A program made the translations under genes and the position numbers. From contig NC_082722.1 in NCBI RefSeq assembly GCF_030144855.1, positions 2,046,001-2,110,000 on the forward strand: a DNA stretch of 64,000 nt, given 5' to 3'. The notes beneath the pieces are model-generated. The model was given only the letters and a program-made list of their open reading frames with translations, made no database searches and was not told the DNA's origin. The stretch comes from Hypanus sabinus. Lineage: Eukaryota. This document shows positions 13,879 to 24,534 of the stretch, one piece after another (positions within the stretch are counted from its first letter, which is position 1; each line of letters starts with the position of its first letter).

Positions 13879-16630
13879 GACTTCCGGTAAAATGCCGATA
13901 ATTTAGTCGCTTAAAACTATCGCTCCGTTTCATTTCTTAACTCTGCACTCTTTACCTCTTTTTTTTAACTCCAGTTTGTTAACCTTTTTTGCTCTCTGAC
14001 CTGCCTACGAATACGCCTGTCCTACAATGGCCACAAAGTTCCCTAAAAGAAGTCTCTACGACTGCGACTGTCTCTGCTTCCTCCGCCGACTTTGACTCCA
14101 TTTTGGAACAGCACCGACAAGAGATTGTATCTGAACTTAAATCTGAATATAAGTCTTCTTTCAGTTCGTTGGAGTCAAAATTGGATCAAATCAACGCCGG
14201 AGTGGAGGATCATGCCGAACGTCTATCTCATCTCAACTCATCTTCCGAAGATTTAAAATGCCGCGTTCAGCCCCTGGAAGCCGTCTGTTCCGGTTTAAGC
14301 GAGCAAAACACCAAGTTAACATCAAAATAACTGATCTCGAAGGCCGGAGTAGACGTCATAATCTACGAATTCTCGGTCTGCTAGAGGCTATCGAAAGGGG
14401 ATCTCCTTGAAGGATAATCTTCCGTCCCCACCCGTACATTTCTGTCCAAGCCCGAGTTGGGCTCTGGGCCACGCCTAGTTAGTCTCTGTTTTCATCGATT
14501 TCAGCTGATAAACCTTCTGATCATGGAAGCACGTTGTAGGGGGAAATTAGATTTTAGGGGTCATTCCGTCCCTATTGTTGAGGATTATGCGCCTCAAGTT
14601 CTGAAGCTGCGTGCAGAGTATAAAGAAGTTATGAAGGAGTTTTACAATCGTGGATTCACACCCTCTCTGCGTTACCCTGCCCACCTCCGAATAATTCTTA
14701 ATACTGGGGGCAAAAAATGGTTTAACTCGGTTACAGAAGCTCAGAAATTTATTGAAGGTCTACCCACCATTTTGACTCCATCAGACTCGGTCTGATTATT
14801 TCAAATGGCCGATAAGTACTTTCATAATTTTTCATCGTTCAGGTTTTTTTTCTGTTTTCTTTTTAAACTACTGTATTTTTCTAGTTTCTCGCGGTTAGGC
14901 AACTCTGGATCATTATTTTGAATTAAGTGGAACTGTTTCTCTTTATGTATAATTTTGATTCGTAGTTCATAAGTTCTCTAGTTTTTGAATTGTTCGTGAA
15001 ACGAAGCTTAGGGTAATGTTACGAAACTGGAAGTTGAGTTATGTGGTGATTTTTTTCGCTCGGAGGAGCTTGCTGCTGTTTTTTGGTAGCTATCTTGTTT
15101 TGGGATTTGAGGAGGAGACGATTCTCTAGTGCCAACGCATACATTGAATCTTTAGTAGTTTGTTGTTATTCAGGACGTTTTCTTGTCCTGACTTTCTGGT
15201 CTTATATTTTTGCCCCAGAGCTGTTATCTAAATGTTTGATCTTGTTTATGCCTACTGCCCTTTATGTTTTTTTAAATAACAATGTTTAGCCTGTTGAATT
15301 TTATAAGCTGGACTATAAAGAGATTGAACCATCCTGTTAAAGGAAAGAAGGTGTTTTCACATCTTAAGCAGCTCAAAGCTGATATTGCTTTTTTGCAAGA
15401 AACTCATATTCGAAGGTTTGATCATTCTTGCCTTATCTCAAGGTGCGTGGGACAACACTTCCATCCTTCCTTACCGGCTAAAGCCAGTAGTGTCGCTATC
15501 CTCATTAATCAAAATGTTCCCTTTGAGCTCCACAATAAAGTGTCTGATACAAATGGTCGTTTTATTATTGTCTCTGGGCAATTGTATACTACTAGATTTG
15601 TATTGGCTAACCTGTATGCTCCCAATTCGGATTGTGTGAACTTTTTTGAACGATTTTTTTTTCTTTTTATTGCCTGATTCGAGTTTATATTCTCTTATAT
15701 TGGGTGGTGATTTTAATTGTTGATTAAATCCAGCTTTGGATTGGTTGTCCTCTCTTCTGAAACTATTTAGTAAATATGATTTACCTATTCATTATTTTCT
15801 TTCTAATTATGGTATCTCTGATATGTGGCCTTTTTTTCATGCTATTGAGAGAGATTATTCCTTTTTTCACATGGCCATCATACTTTGACTGGAATTGATT
15901 AGTTTTAATAGATAACCAGCTGATTCCATCTATTCGCTCCTTTGATTATCAGAGTATATTGATTTTGCATCATACCGCAGTTATCCTTACCTTTGGTGAG
16001 GCAGACATGCATTTGAGTCTGACCAAACGTCGAACCCTATCTTTTGCCTCTCTTTCGGCAGGACGCTTAGTTCTTAACAGGTAGAGAGATGTTGCCCCAC
16101 CCACTCATTCTCAATGGCTTAGTGGTATAATGTCCTGTTTTGACCTTGAAGAGATTCATTATTCACTTCTCAATTGGGGCATTAAGTTTTATAAGGTGTG
16201 GGAACCTTTTCTTGAATAGTTTCTTAACTCCTCTTTAGATTAAGTCTATTCTTTTTTTTCTGTACCATAATCCCTTACTTTCAGCTTTTTTTTTCCCGTA
16301 GGATTTACGATTTCTTTTTGATGGGAATCACATTGTACTCTTGGTAGTAGGCATTATACTATATATATATTTATATATATACACAGCTCTGTAGAGTCGA
16401 ACACTTGAATTTAATTTTCTTTTACATATTTTAATGGTTGGCCTAGATTTTGTAGTAGGAGGGTGGGGAGGATACTAACTTTATATGATTTTATTTTGGG
16501 TGTTTTTTCCTTATTGTTATGAATTATGTATTAGATATTAGTTTGTTTTGCTCTATATTAATCCTCATTTTGTTTATAGTCTTTTTTGTAGTTGTACTGT
16601 AGAAACGCATAAAAAATTAATAAAATATAA
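13879..16630 (+). mobile_element. L1-clade LINE with both ends but lacking most of ORF2 (~2.75 kb)
   Basis: A 9-bp TSD GAAATTACT lies at 13870-13878 and 16631-16639. The 5' end GACTTCCGGTAAAATG resembles the 5106 copy. ORF1 and EN pieces are followed by a jump at ~15985 to the ORF2 C-terminus and 3' UTR. Confidence 0.85.
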
Positions 16631-16639
16631 GAAATTACT

Positions 16640-17600
16640 CTCTCGCTCCACTTCTGAACCTTCTATAAGCATTGGTGTGTGTTCCCTTGTCTTACCCTTT
16701 CTGAAGTCCAGAATTGGTTCATTTATGTTACTGACACTGAGTGCAATTTTGTTGCTGTGACACCACAACTAGGGGGTATATCTCGCTTCTGTGCGCATTT
16801 CCTTCTCCGTTTGATATTCTGCGAACAATGGTTGTATCATCAGCAATTTATATATGTCATTTCAGCTGTGCCTAGCCGCACAGTCATGGCTGCAGAAAGA
16901 ATAGATCCGTGGGCTAAGCACACATCCCTGAGGTGTGCCTGTCACTCAGACCTGTCCAAGATTATAACCATTGTCGGTACGAGTAATTTCGAAATTCGGC
17001 ATTCTGTTATTATTTCTTTCTAATTAATGAAGCGTATTAGTAATATGTCTTTCTTTCTTCGCTATACGGTCTATACCTCTGAATGATCAGAAATTAACTT
17101 GACTTCTCTTGTGCCAATATAAGCATTATGTTCATTTGTCCGCATTTACAATTCAAGTTTAGTGCACTTTTTAAAATTCAAATGTTTTTTGTAGTTTTCA
17201 ATCTTGTTATTGTTTCTTTTTGTGATATCTTTCTCCGTGCTGCTCTTTCAGCTTAAGTACATTTCCTTCACTTTGAGTTTGATCACAGAAGTAAGGGCCT
17301 ACACGTGCATCACCACTCAATATACTCAAGATACTTAGATAATAAATAATTCATGTTCTTTGTTCTTTGATAAAAACAATTGGTAAATAATTGCTGATTT
17401 CAACTCTACTTGATAATTAATACCTCATATTTTGTATCATAACAAAGTGAAAATTCCCCAACATTGCTGATATTCGCCTTGTCATAGTTGCTGAAACGAG
17501 GGTTATACCCTCTCTCACATGGGCATTAAAATTCCCCTTCAAGTTATTCCCTGTTGCATTGATACCTCTGTTATACGGGGAAATATGTTTATCATCTGTG
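16640..17600 (-). mobile_element. Old Rex1/Babar-like LINE fragment, part 3 (far end approximate)
   Basis: The minus strand reads WCHSNKIALSVSNINEPILDFRKGKTREHTPMLIEGSEVE, which is typical of the Rex/Babar RT C-terminus. Confidence 0.6.
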
Positions 17601-18129
17601 CTTTATATGTCTGTACTACTTTTATATAGTTCTATTAGGCTTTTCCTCAGCCTCAAGCTCCAGAGTAAACAAACCCCACCAATTCAATCTCTCCACACAA
17701 CTATGGTACTCCAGTCAAGGCAATACCTTGATAAATCTTCTCGGCACCATTTTCAATACAATCCATACGTTTCGAAAAACACATAAAGAACTGCAAACAA
17801 CGTTCTAAGCTCTGTCTAACTGGCGTTCTCCAAAACTGTGTATATATGTAAATTCTTATATATGTGATCTATGAAAGCGAGCATTTTATATGCTTTCACC
17901 ATCCAATCATTTATAAGGCAATTACGGAAATGCACCCTTCGAATCACACTTTACATTAACATGCACTATTGTCCTAACATTTACACTATGGGCTCTACTG
18001 TTACTTAGCTTCCCAAAATACATCACTCACACAGCATGATTAAATTACAACCACAAATGGGCCCGCCCATACTCAAATTTTCAGCACTAATCTCGAATCC
18101 ATTTCTTCAGTTAACATATAAAATATACA

Positions 18130-19045
18130 GATGCAGATGACACAAAGCTGGGTGACATTGTGAAATGTCAGGAGGATTTTATAAGAATACAGGGTGACTT
18201 GGACAGGTTGGGTGAGTGGGCAGAGGCATGACAGATGCAATTTAATGTGGATAAGTGTGAGGTTATCCTCTTTGGTGGCAAGAACAGGAAGGCACATTAC
18301 TATCTGAATGGTAAGTTAGGAAAAGGGGAAATACAACGAGATCTAGGTGTTCTTGTACATCAGTCACTGAATGTAAGCATGCGGGTACAACAGGCAGTGA
18401 AGAAAGCTAATGGCATGTTGCCCTTCATAACAAAGGGGAGTTGCGTACAGGAGCAAAGAGGTCCTTCTGCAGTTGTACGGGGCCCTGGTGAGACCACATC
18501 TGGAGTATTGTGTTCAGTTTTGGTCTCCAAATTTGTGGAAGGACATTCTTGCTATTGAGGGAATGCAGCGTAGGTTCGCAAGGTTGATTCCCGGGATGGC
18601 GAGACTGTCATATGTTGAAAGATTGGAGCGACTGGGCTTGCATACACTGGAATTTAGAAGGATGAGAGGGTATCTGATGGAAACATATAAGATTATTAAG
18701 GGATTGGACACGCTAGAGGGAGGAAATATGTTTCCAATATAGGGGGAGTCTAGAACCAGAGGCCACAGTTTAAGGATAAGGGGTAGGCCATTTAGAACAG
18801 AGTTCAGGGAAAACTTTATCACCCAGAGAGTTGTGGATCTATGAAATGCTCTTCCTCAGAAGGCAGTGGAGGCCAATTCTCTGGATACTTTCAAGAAAGA
18901 GTTAGATAGAGCTCTTAAAGATAGCAAAGGGATATGGGGAGAGGGCAGGAACAGGGTATTGATTGTGGTTGATCACCCATGATCACATTGAATGGCGGTG
19001 CTGGTTCCTAGTGCCGAATGGCCAAATCCTGCACCTATTGTCCAA
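18130..19045 (+). mobile_element. CR1 LINE 3' fragment
   Basis: Motifs ADDTK, MQFNVDKCEV and RPHLEYCVQFWSP are present, followed by CR1 3' UTR-like sequence. Confidence 0.85.
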
Positions 19046-20931
19046 TGACTACTGTCTATATTATAGTTTGTCGTCTATTCCCGCCGATTAAGCTTCCACT
19101 GTTGTGTTAGACGCAGAAGGCTACATTTCAGAGAGCGGGCAAACGTCTGGCAGATGATGTACAACTTTGGTCAAGGTTATTAGCTTTCGAAGAAAAAAAA
19201 TTAAGATCAAATAATAATTATATGTGCATATATTCCAGCACGCTGTTTAGCAAAGCGACTTGGGAGTGTTTGTGCATGAATCGCAAAATGCGACTGGAAT
19301 GGATTAATAAGTTCTGCTGTGCGGGATTCCTTGCTGAAGACACTTCATAGTATATTTATTAAGTTGCAGAGTGAAATAATTCATTTTGAGAATAATTACC
19401 AGAGTCTGGAGTCATAAATGTACGACTAAAATGGCTTAGATAGAACGGGTGACACTTCAAAAAGCGATACAGAATGTCAGGAAAGCATCAATTGTCTTTT
19501 GCTGTCGAGAGCAAATGTAACAATATAACTTATTTGGCTCCATTATAGATTTTTATAATATATTGATAATTTAGTAACTTTATCTATTATTGTCACGTGT
19601 ACTGAACTACAGTGAAAATAAAACTTCATTTGCCAACCATACATGTCAGTAAAAGATAAAAACAGAAGCAATTGCAGAATAAAGCGTCGCACAATGCGGG
19701 CAAACAATAAGATGCCATAACGAGCTAGATTGTGTGGTCAAGAGTCCACCTTATCGTCTTAAAGGACCTTCGAATTGTCTTTCAAGAACGGGACACAAAC
19801 TCTCCAGAAATCTGGTGTCACGTGCTTCCAAACTTTGGTATCGTGACGGGCGGGGTTGCAGTTCATTTGGCTACTGTACAAGACAGCGGGAGTGTAGGCA
19901 GAGTCCAAGGAGAGGAAGTTGGTTTCCCCGATATGATGAGGTCTGTACACAGCTTTTGAATTGTAGATAGCATTAGATCAAAGAAGGAATAATACAAAAG
20001 TGTGGGAAGGCTTAGAAAGTTTGAGAATTGGGAACAGTTTAGAATTTAGCTGAGTAAGTCAAAAGATGGTAAAGGCGTAAGTGAATATAAAAACACAAAA
20101 AACTGAGGACTTAATTCTCTGCACCCCACAGTATTTAAGAAATTGGCCCCAAAATAATTGGTGGTTACTTTCCAGAATGTTATGGAGTCTCTGGGGAGTA
20201 GATCAGATCCGCTGGACTGGAAGACCCAACAAGTAAGCCCGATATGCAAACTACGAAGTGCAGTGAAAGCAGGGAATTGTAGATAGTGGGAGGGAAAATT
20301 TTGCAAAGGTAGCAGCCTTGGAGAATTTGACGGGGAGAGGTAAAAACATGATCTATTAAAGCAAAATCGTGCTTAAAATTTATTGTGCATCATGTTTGGA
20401 CGGTATAGCTGGGAAATATCAGGCTGAGAATTAGTTCTTTCGTGTAGTTGCAATTCCGAAACATTTCAATAACATCCCACAACAGAGCTTGGTGCAAAAT
20501 GAAAACACGTGAGAATGGAGGTTTATTAACTCGGTAACAAAGATCGAGAATGCGTTGGCCAAAGAGAAACAGGGCTTTTCCCCCAAAAGGCAAGCAGTGA
20601 CTCGTGAAGAACCACGGTGAACATGCTGCGATTGCAGTTATTCAGTATATTTAATGATCAGCTCAATGAGGGGATTAAATGGAATCCATCCAAAATTTGA
20701 GGACAGCATAATGTTGTGTGAGATTGTAAGTCTTGAGAACGAAACCGAGAAACTCCATACTGAGAGAGTGTAGAGATATGTGGCAGATGACGTAAAATGA
20801 GGAAAGTGCAAATATATTAACTTGTACCTTGGACTGTCATCAACTAATATTCAGCGGCGTTCAGCATTATGGTTGCATGGCTTGACAATACCGCTTACCT
20901 TCAATTGCTCTAACATCCTCGTGTATATTTA

Positions 20932-20954
20932 TCACACTGCCAACGGAAGTTTAT
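20932..20954 (-). CDS. Tentative short cytoplasmic tail (DKLPLAV*)
   Basis: This is one of three possible acceptors upstream of a strong donor (GAAG|GTAAGC at 20899). All three give tails of 10 aa or fewer. Confidence 0.25.
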
Positions 20955-21181
20955 CTAGTGGCGTTTGTCAAAAGAATGCGATACTCAGGAGCACTATGAC
21001 TGTCAGAGTTTAAATTTCGGCAAACGCATTCTCAAAGAGATGGAGCTGATGCGTCACACGTCGGACAACCTTTGGATTATTCGAGCATATGTATCATATC
21101 CGAACCAAATATCCCGTCAAATGCTATTGTTTAATTTAACAGCTTAATTATGCAATAAACCCAACACCAAAAAAGTCTTAC

Positions 21182-21280
21182 CTCTGCCTATCACAATGAA
21201 GGTGAGAATCAGGAAAAATATTAAGCCTCTTGCTAGGTAACCGAAAATCGGTTGAGCAAATGAATTGTTGTTGTCAGAAT
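21182..21280 (-). CDS. Transmembrane exon: DSDNNNSFAQP-IFGYLARGLIFFLILTFIVIG-R
   Basis: Acceptor cgttacag and donor AG|GTAAGA flank a 99-nt phase 1-1 exon. It encodes a 21-residue hydrophobic segment containing one Arg. Confidence 0.85.
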
Positions 21281-21420
21281 CTGTAACGTTAATCATAAAT
21301 TTAGTGATGTACTTTAAATTGTATACGGCAACTAAATTGTAACTCAGCCAAATATTTCATCATTTTCACAGCATTTTACATAACATTGCATTGATACTGT
21401 TCGTGCGAGTTAAACATACA

Positions 21421-21740
21421 AAGCTGCTTTCCCATGGCTGAGCGTGTTAGGCTGCACTCTATTGAATATCTGTAGAAGGGTGTGAGTAGTGTATCGCATA
21501 GACCTGCTTTCTCCAGCCTGTGCAGGAAGTCGAAGCGTAGCTAAGATTCCCTGTTTGTGTTGGATGTGCTCTGGGACCATGACATGTGCACGCCCAGGAG
21601 TTTAAAACTGTTCCTAATTGCTCCCGCTGTACCGCTGATGTAAAGAGGGTTCGAGTTTCCTGAAGTGAATAATCATCCTCCCTTGTCAATTTGACATTAA
21701 GGAAAAAGTTATTTGTCTGGCACCTGGCCTCGAGCTCTTC
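21421..21740 (-). mobile_element. Degenerate Rex/Babar-like LINE fragment in the Ig gene intron
   Basis: The minus strand reads ARCQTNNFFLNVKLTRE, like the RT C-terminal WC..NNL.LNV.KTKE motif. Confidence 0.5.
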
Positions 21741-22569
21741 CAAACCCACTGGACACTTTTGAATTTAAAGAGCGATAGGATACCCTAAGGTTGATTTATT
21801 CGCTGTGACCGAGCACTGAAAAAGGGACGTCCGTTCCGACTGAGATTCACTGTTGTCCAAAGCCGCCATTACTTTATTTTACTTTTTTTTTCCATTCAGG
21901 CACTCGCCGTTGTTTTAAAATATTTGGAACCCTGCACTCCGCTGATCTATTGACTTATTGGTTGCTTTTATTTTCTCTGTAAAGCACTGTACGATATGCG
22001 AGTTCAGTGCGTCCTTAAATTCGTCACAGAATATAACTGATAAGGTTTGGCTGCGTAGAGAAGATTAATTAGGATTGGTTTGTTGTACATTGTAACAGCT
22101 GCATGGTCATTCTCGCCGATTGTAGAACCATTCACTGAATTACGTTAGTAATTCAAATCAATTAAGCAATCCCAAATTGATCAGAAGTATTGTTAACTTA
22201 CACTAAGTATGTGATATTTTGGAACAACATGCATATGCACTTTAGTGAAGTTGTACGCATTCGCCTATCACGAGGAGACATCAGACAGGCCTCAGGGTTG
22301 TGACAGCTGATCAGGTAGTGCTTTACTTTGGTGCGTGTACTGCTGACGGCAGCTCCCTGAGACTACGGATTTTTGCTCTAGAGTAGCACGTGTCACCACT
22401 AGAACAGGCAGATAAATAACGGTGACGGTTTCTAAGCTATCTCATTTACACAAGGAAACCCATTTTCTGTGTTTCAGTCTTATTTCAGGATTCCGTTTCT
22501 CTTTGTTTCAGGGAACGTTTGCATCCCAATAAGAGGCAATGTCATCGAGCCTAAATCACAACATCTTAC

Positions 22570-22614
22570 CGCGCTTGAAAATATGTGTTTTAAGGGATGT
22601 GGCATTGTATAGAA
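22570..22614 (-). CDS. Possible 45-nt stalk exon (VLYNATSLKTHIFKR)
   Basis: Acceptor gacgccag and donor CGCG|GTAAGA flank a phase 1-1 segment that is open in the C1-to-TM frame. The polypyrimidine tract is weak. Confidence 0.35.
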
Positions 22615-23084
22615 CTGGCGTCACAATTTCAAAATAGAAGCACAGATGTTGCCATATTGTTAACAAAGCTTGGGCCCTAACTTATTAGATGAGTTGCCCA
22701 CCGCCCAGATGCATTCACAAAGATGGCGCACAAGCGCCTTTAGTTTGCCTTCACACCAAAGATTCAAAGTCAAAGTCAGGCGAGCTTTTTGCCCTGTGGA
22801 AATGTGCCTGTATTCACGGGCACAGAGAAGACTTACCTCCATTGTCATCAGAGGGACATGCCATCGTGAGTCCAGCGTTCGCAAGAAAATAAGACATTTT
22901 CTAACAGTGAACAGAAGGGAAGACCAAAGGAGTTCTGTTTGGTGCAAGATCATCAAAGGAGTCATAGTTTGCCCGATCTGTACTAATCGGGGTTTTGAAA
23001 GCTGTTTCATTGAAAAGAAGTACTTATTCTTAATGTCCATACTCCTGCTCCTGAGCCTTCTGCAGCTGCTGAACTGGAGATATT

Positions 23085-23420
23085 CTGCAGCAACACACAG
23101 AGAATGTCGGAGGAACACAGCAGGTCAGGCAGTGTCTACGTAAAGGAATAAACAGTTGATATTTCAGGCCGAGACTCTTCCTCAGGACTGAAAAGGAAGG
23201 TAGTGGGAGGGCAGAGTAAAAAGTTTGGGGAGACAAAGTGGATAGGCAGATGGATTAAAAAGAAAAAGGTCTGGAGTAGAAGGAATGTGATAGCAGAGGA
23301 CAGTGGATCACAGGAGAAAGGGGAGGGGTGGGGACACTCAGAGGAACGTGCTAGGCAGGTGCGAAGGTGTATGAGCTAGACTGGAGAATAGAAAAAGAGC
23401 AGAGGGGAGGACGAAGTTGC
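23085..23420. mobile_element. Penelope-like element terminal fragment
   Basis: caacacacagagaatgtcggaggaacacagcaggtcaggcag...tttcaggccgagac matches the common chondrichthyan Penelope-like end as I recall it. Similar pieces occur at ~51520-51600 and ~55600-55690. Confidence 0.55.
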
Positions 23421-23729
23421 CGGAATGAGAATGGGACCTCGACGTTTCATTAAATCCTGTCCTGTCTTTCAATATGACTACATCTTATACGTCACCTTCC
23501 TGTCAACTTTCCTGCACTAACATAATGTTGCATGATTCCATCCATACCAATAAAACTGAACAATGTCAAAGCACTATAACGTCTACTTTTGCTATGAAAA
23601 TATTACCTGCAGCAGCATCAGATACACAACAATCACTAGAATCATACTAAGTATAACTTACAGGGTTATAGAAAAAGAAGCACAATAGTAATAAAAGGTG
23701 AAGTGAAGTGAATGGTCCCTTCATGATTT

Positions 23730-23912
23730 GCTTGTCCATTCGTCGCTCCACTCTAATCTCCCTCTCAACACTTCGCCTACACGCGGCCTCAGTGCTACAC
23801 CTGCCTATTCACCTCCTCCCTCACCAACATTCAGGGACACAAATGCTTCCAGATGAGGCAACACCGCACCTGTGAATCCGCTGGCGTCGTCTCCGGTGTT
23901 CGGCGCTCCTGA
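23730..23912 (+). mobile_element. Penelope-like GIY-YIG region fragment
   Basis: The motif cagatgaggcaacaccgcacctgtgaatccgctggcgtcgtc resembles QVRQHFTCES.GVVYC. Confidence 0.5.
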
Positions 23913-23979
23913 TGTTAAATAAGCTTAAGTTAGATATTAAATAATGGATGCCACCTAAAAAACTTAAGCTTATTTAACA
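23913..23979. repeat. Perfect 19-bp inverted repeat with a 29-nt loop
   Basis: The arms are TGTTAAATAAGCTTAAGTT (23913-23931) and AACTTAAGCTTATTTAACA (23961-23979). Confidence 0.95.
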
Positions 23980-24231
23980 AGATTTACTTATCAGTTATTA
24001 TTATTCTTGGTAATGGAGTTCCCATTCTTTTTCTTTAATTTCTAAGCTTTATACATTTTGGAGCTTGCCCTTTTTATTTTCGCAACAAAGGAACAAATAG
24101 ATTGCTCATCGGCAACGTGTACAGTATTAGTACATAAAGTATGGACAGCTAAACGAATGCGAAATGTTTAACATAGTTTATTGTGAACCGCTTAGATGCT
24201 AAAGTACACGGAACTGCTGAACTGATCTTAC

Positions 24232-24534
24232 CTGGACTGTAGTAAGTGTAGCTGATGTTGGCCGGGTTTGGAAGAGCGATGTGAGAAACCTGGCAGGTAT
24301 AAACTGTTCCGTCCTCCACAGGCTCGGTCTCAGTCAGGCAGCTTGAAGCCTCGTACAATCCCGTAGTTGTCTTTGTTTTGTTTGGCTCGACTGCAGGTAT
24401 AATAGCTGACCCATTCTTGTACCAAGTTATGTTCAGACCTTGCGGGAAGAACGCAGCGGTGTTACAAATAAGAGCCAGGGTGACTGATTCGTTCTTAGGC
24501 AGCGTAGCCATCAGACGCAGAGGGGTTGGAGGAT
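24232..24534 (-). CDS. Exon 3: C1-set Ig domain
   Basis: Acceptor ttttgtttctag and donor G|GTAAG flank a 303-nt open exon. Translation: DPPTPLRLMATLPKNESVTLALICNTAAFFPQGLNITWYKNGS...GLYEASSCLTETEPVEDGTVYTCQVSHIALPNPANISYTYYSP. It carries the C1 hallmarks C-x4-FFP-x5-W-x-KNG and YxCxVxH. Confidence 0.93.

Noticed and set aside
22455-22512. Three tandem plus-strand acceptor-like TTTCAG sites
   Set aside because: There is no matching donor or open exon. This is compatible with T-rich chance sequence.
22660-23143. Overlapping 150-aa ORFs on both strands
   Set aside because: They have no recognisable domain, run into a Penelope-like repeat and are intronic to the Ig gene.
23600-23650. Hydrophobic minus-strand stretch MILVIVVYLMLLQ followed by GTAAT, a possible TM exon
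   Set aside because: It is out of phase with the C1 exon, has upstream stops and resembles a common repeat tail. A much better TM exon exists at 21182-21280.
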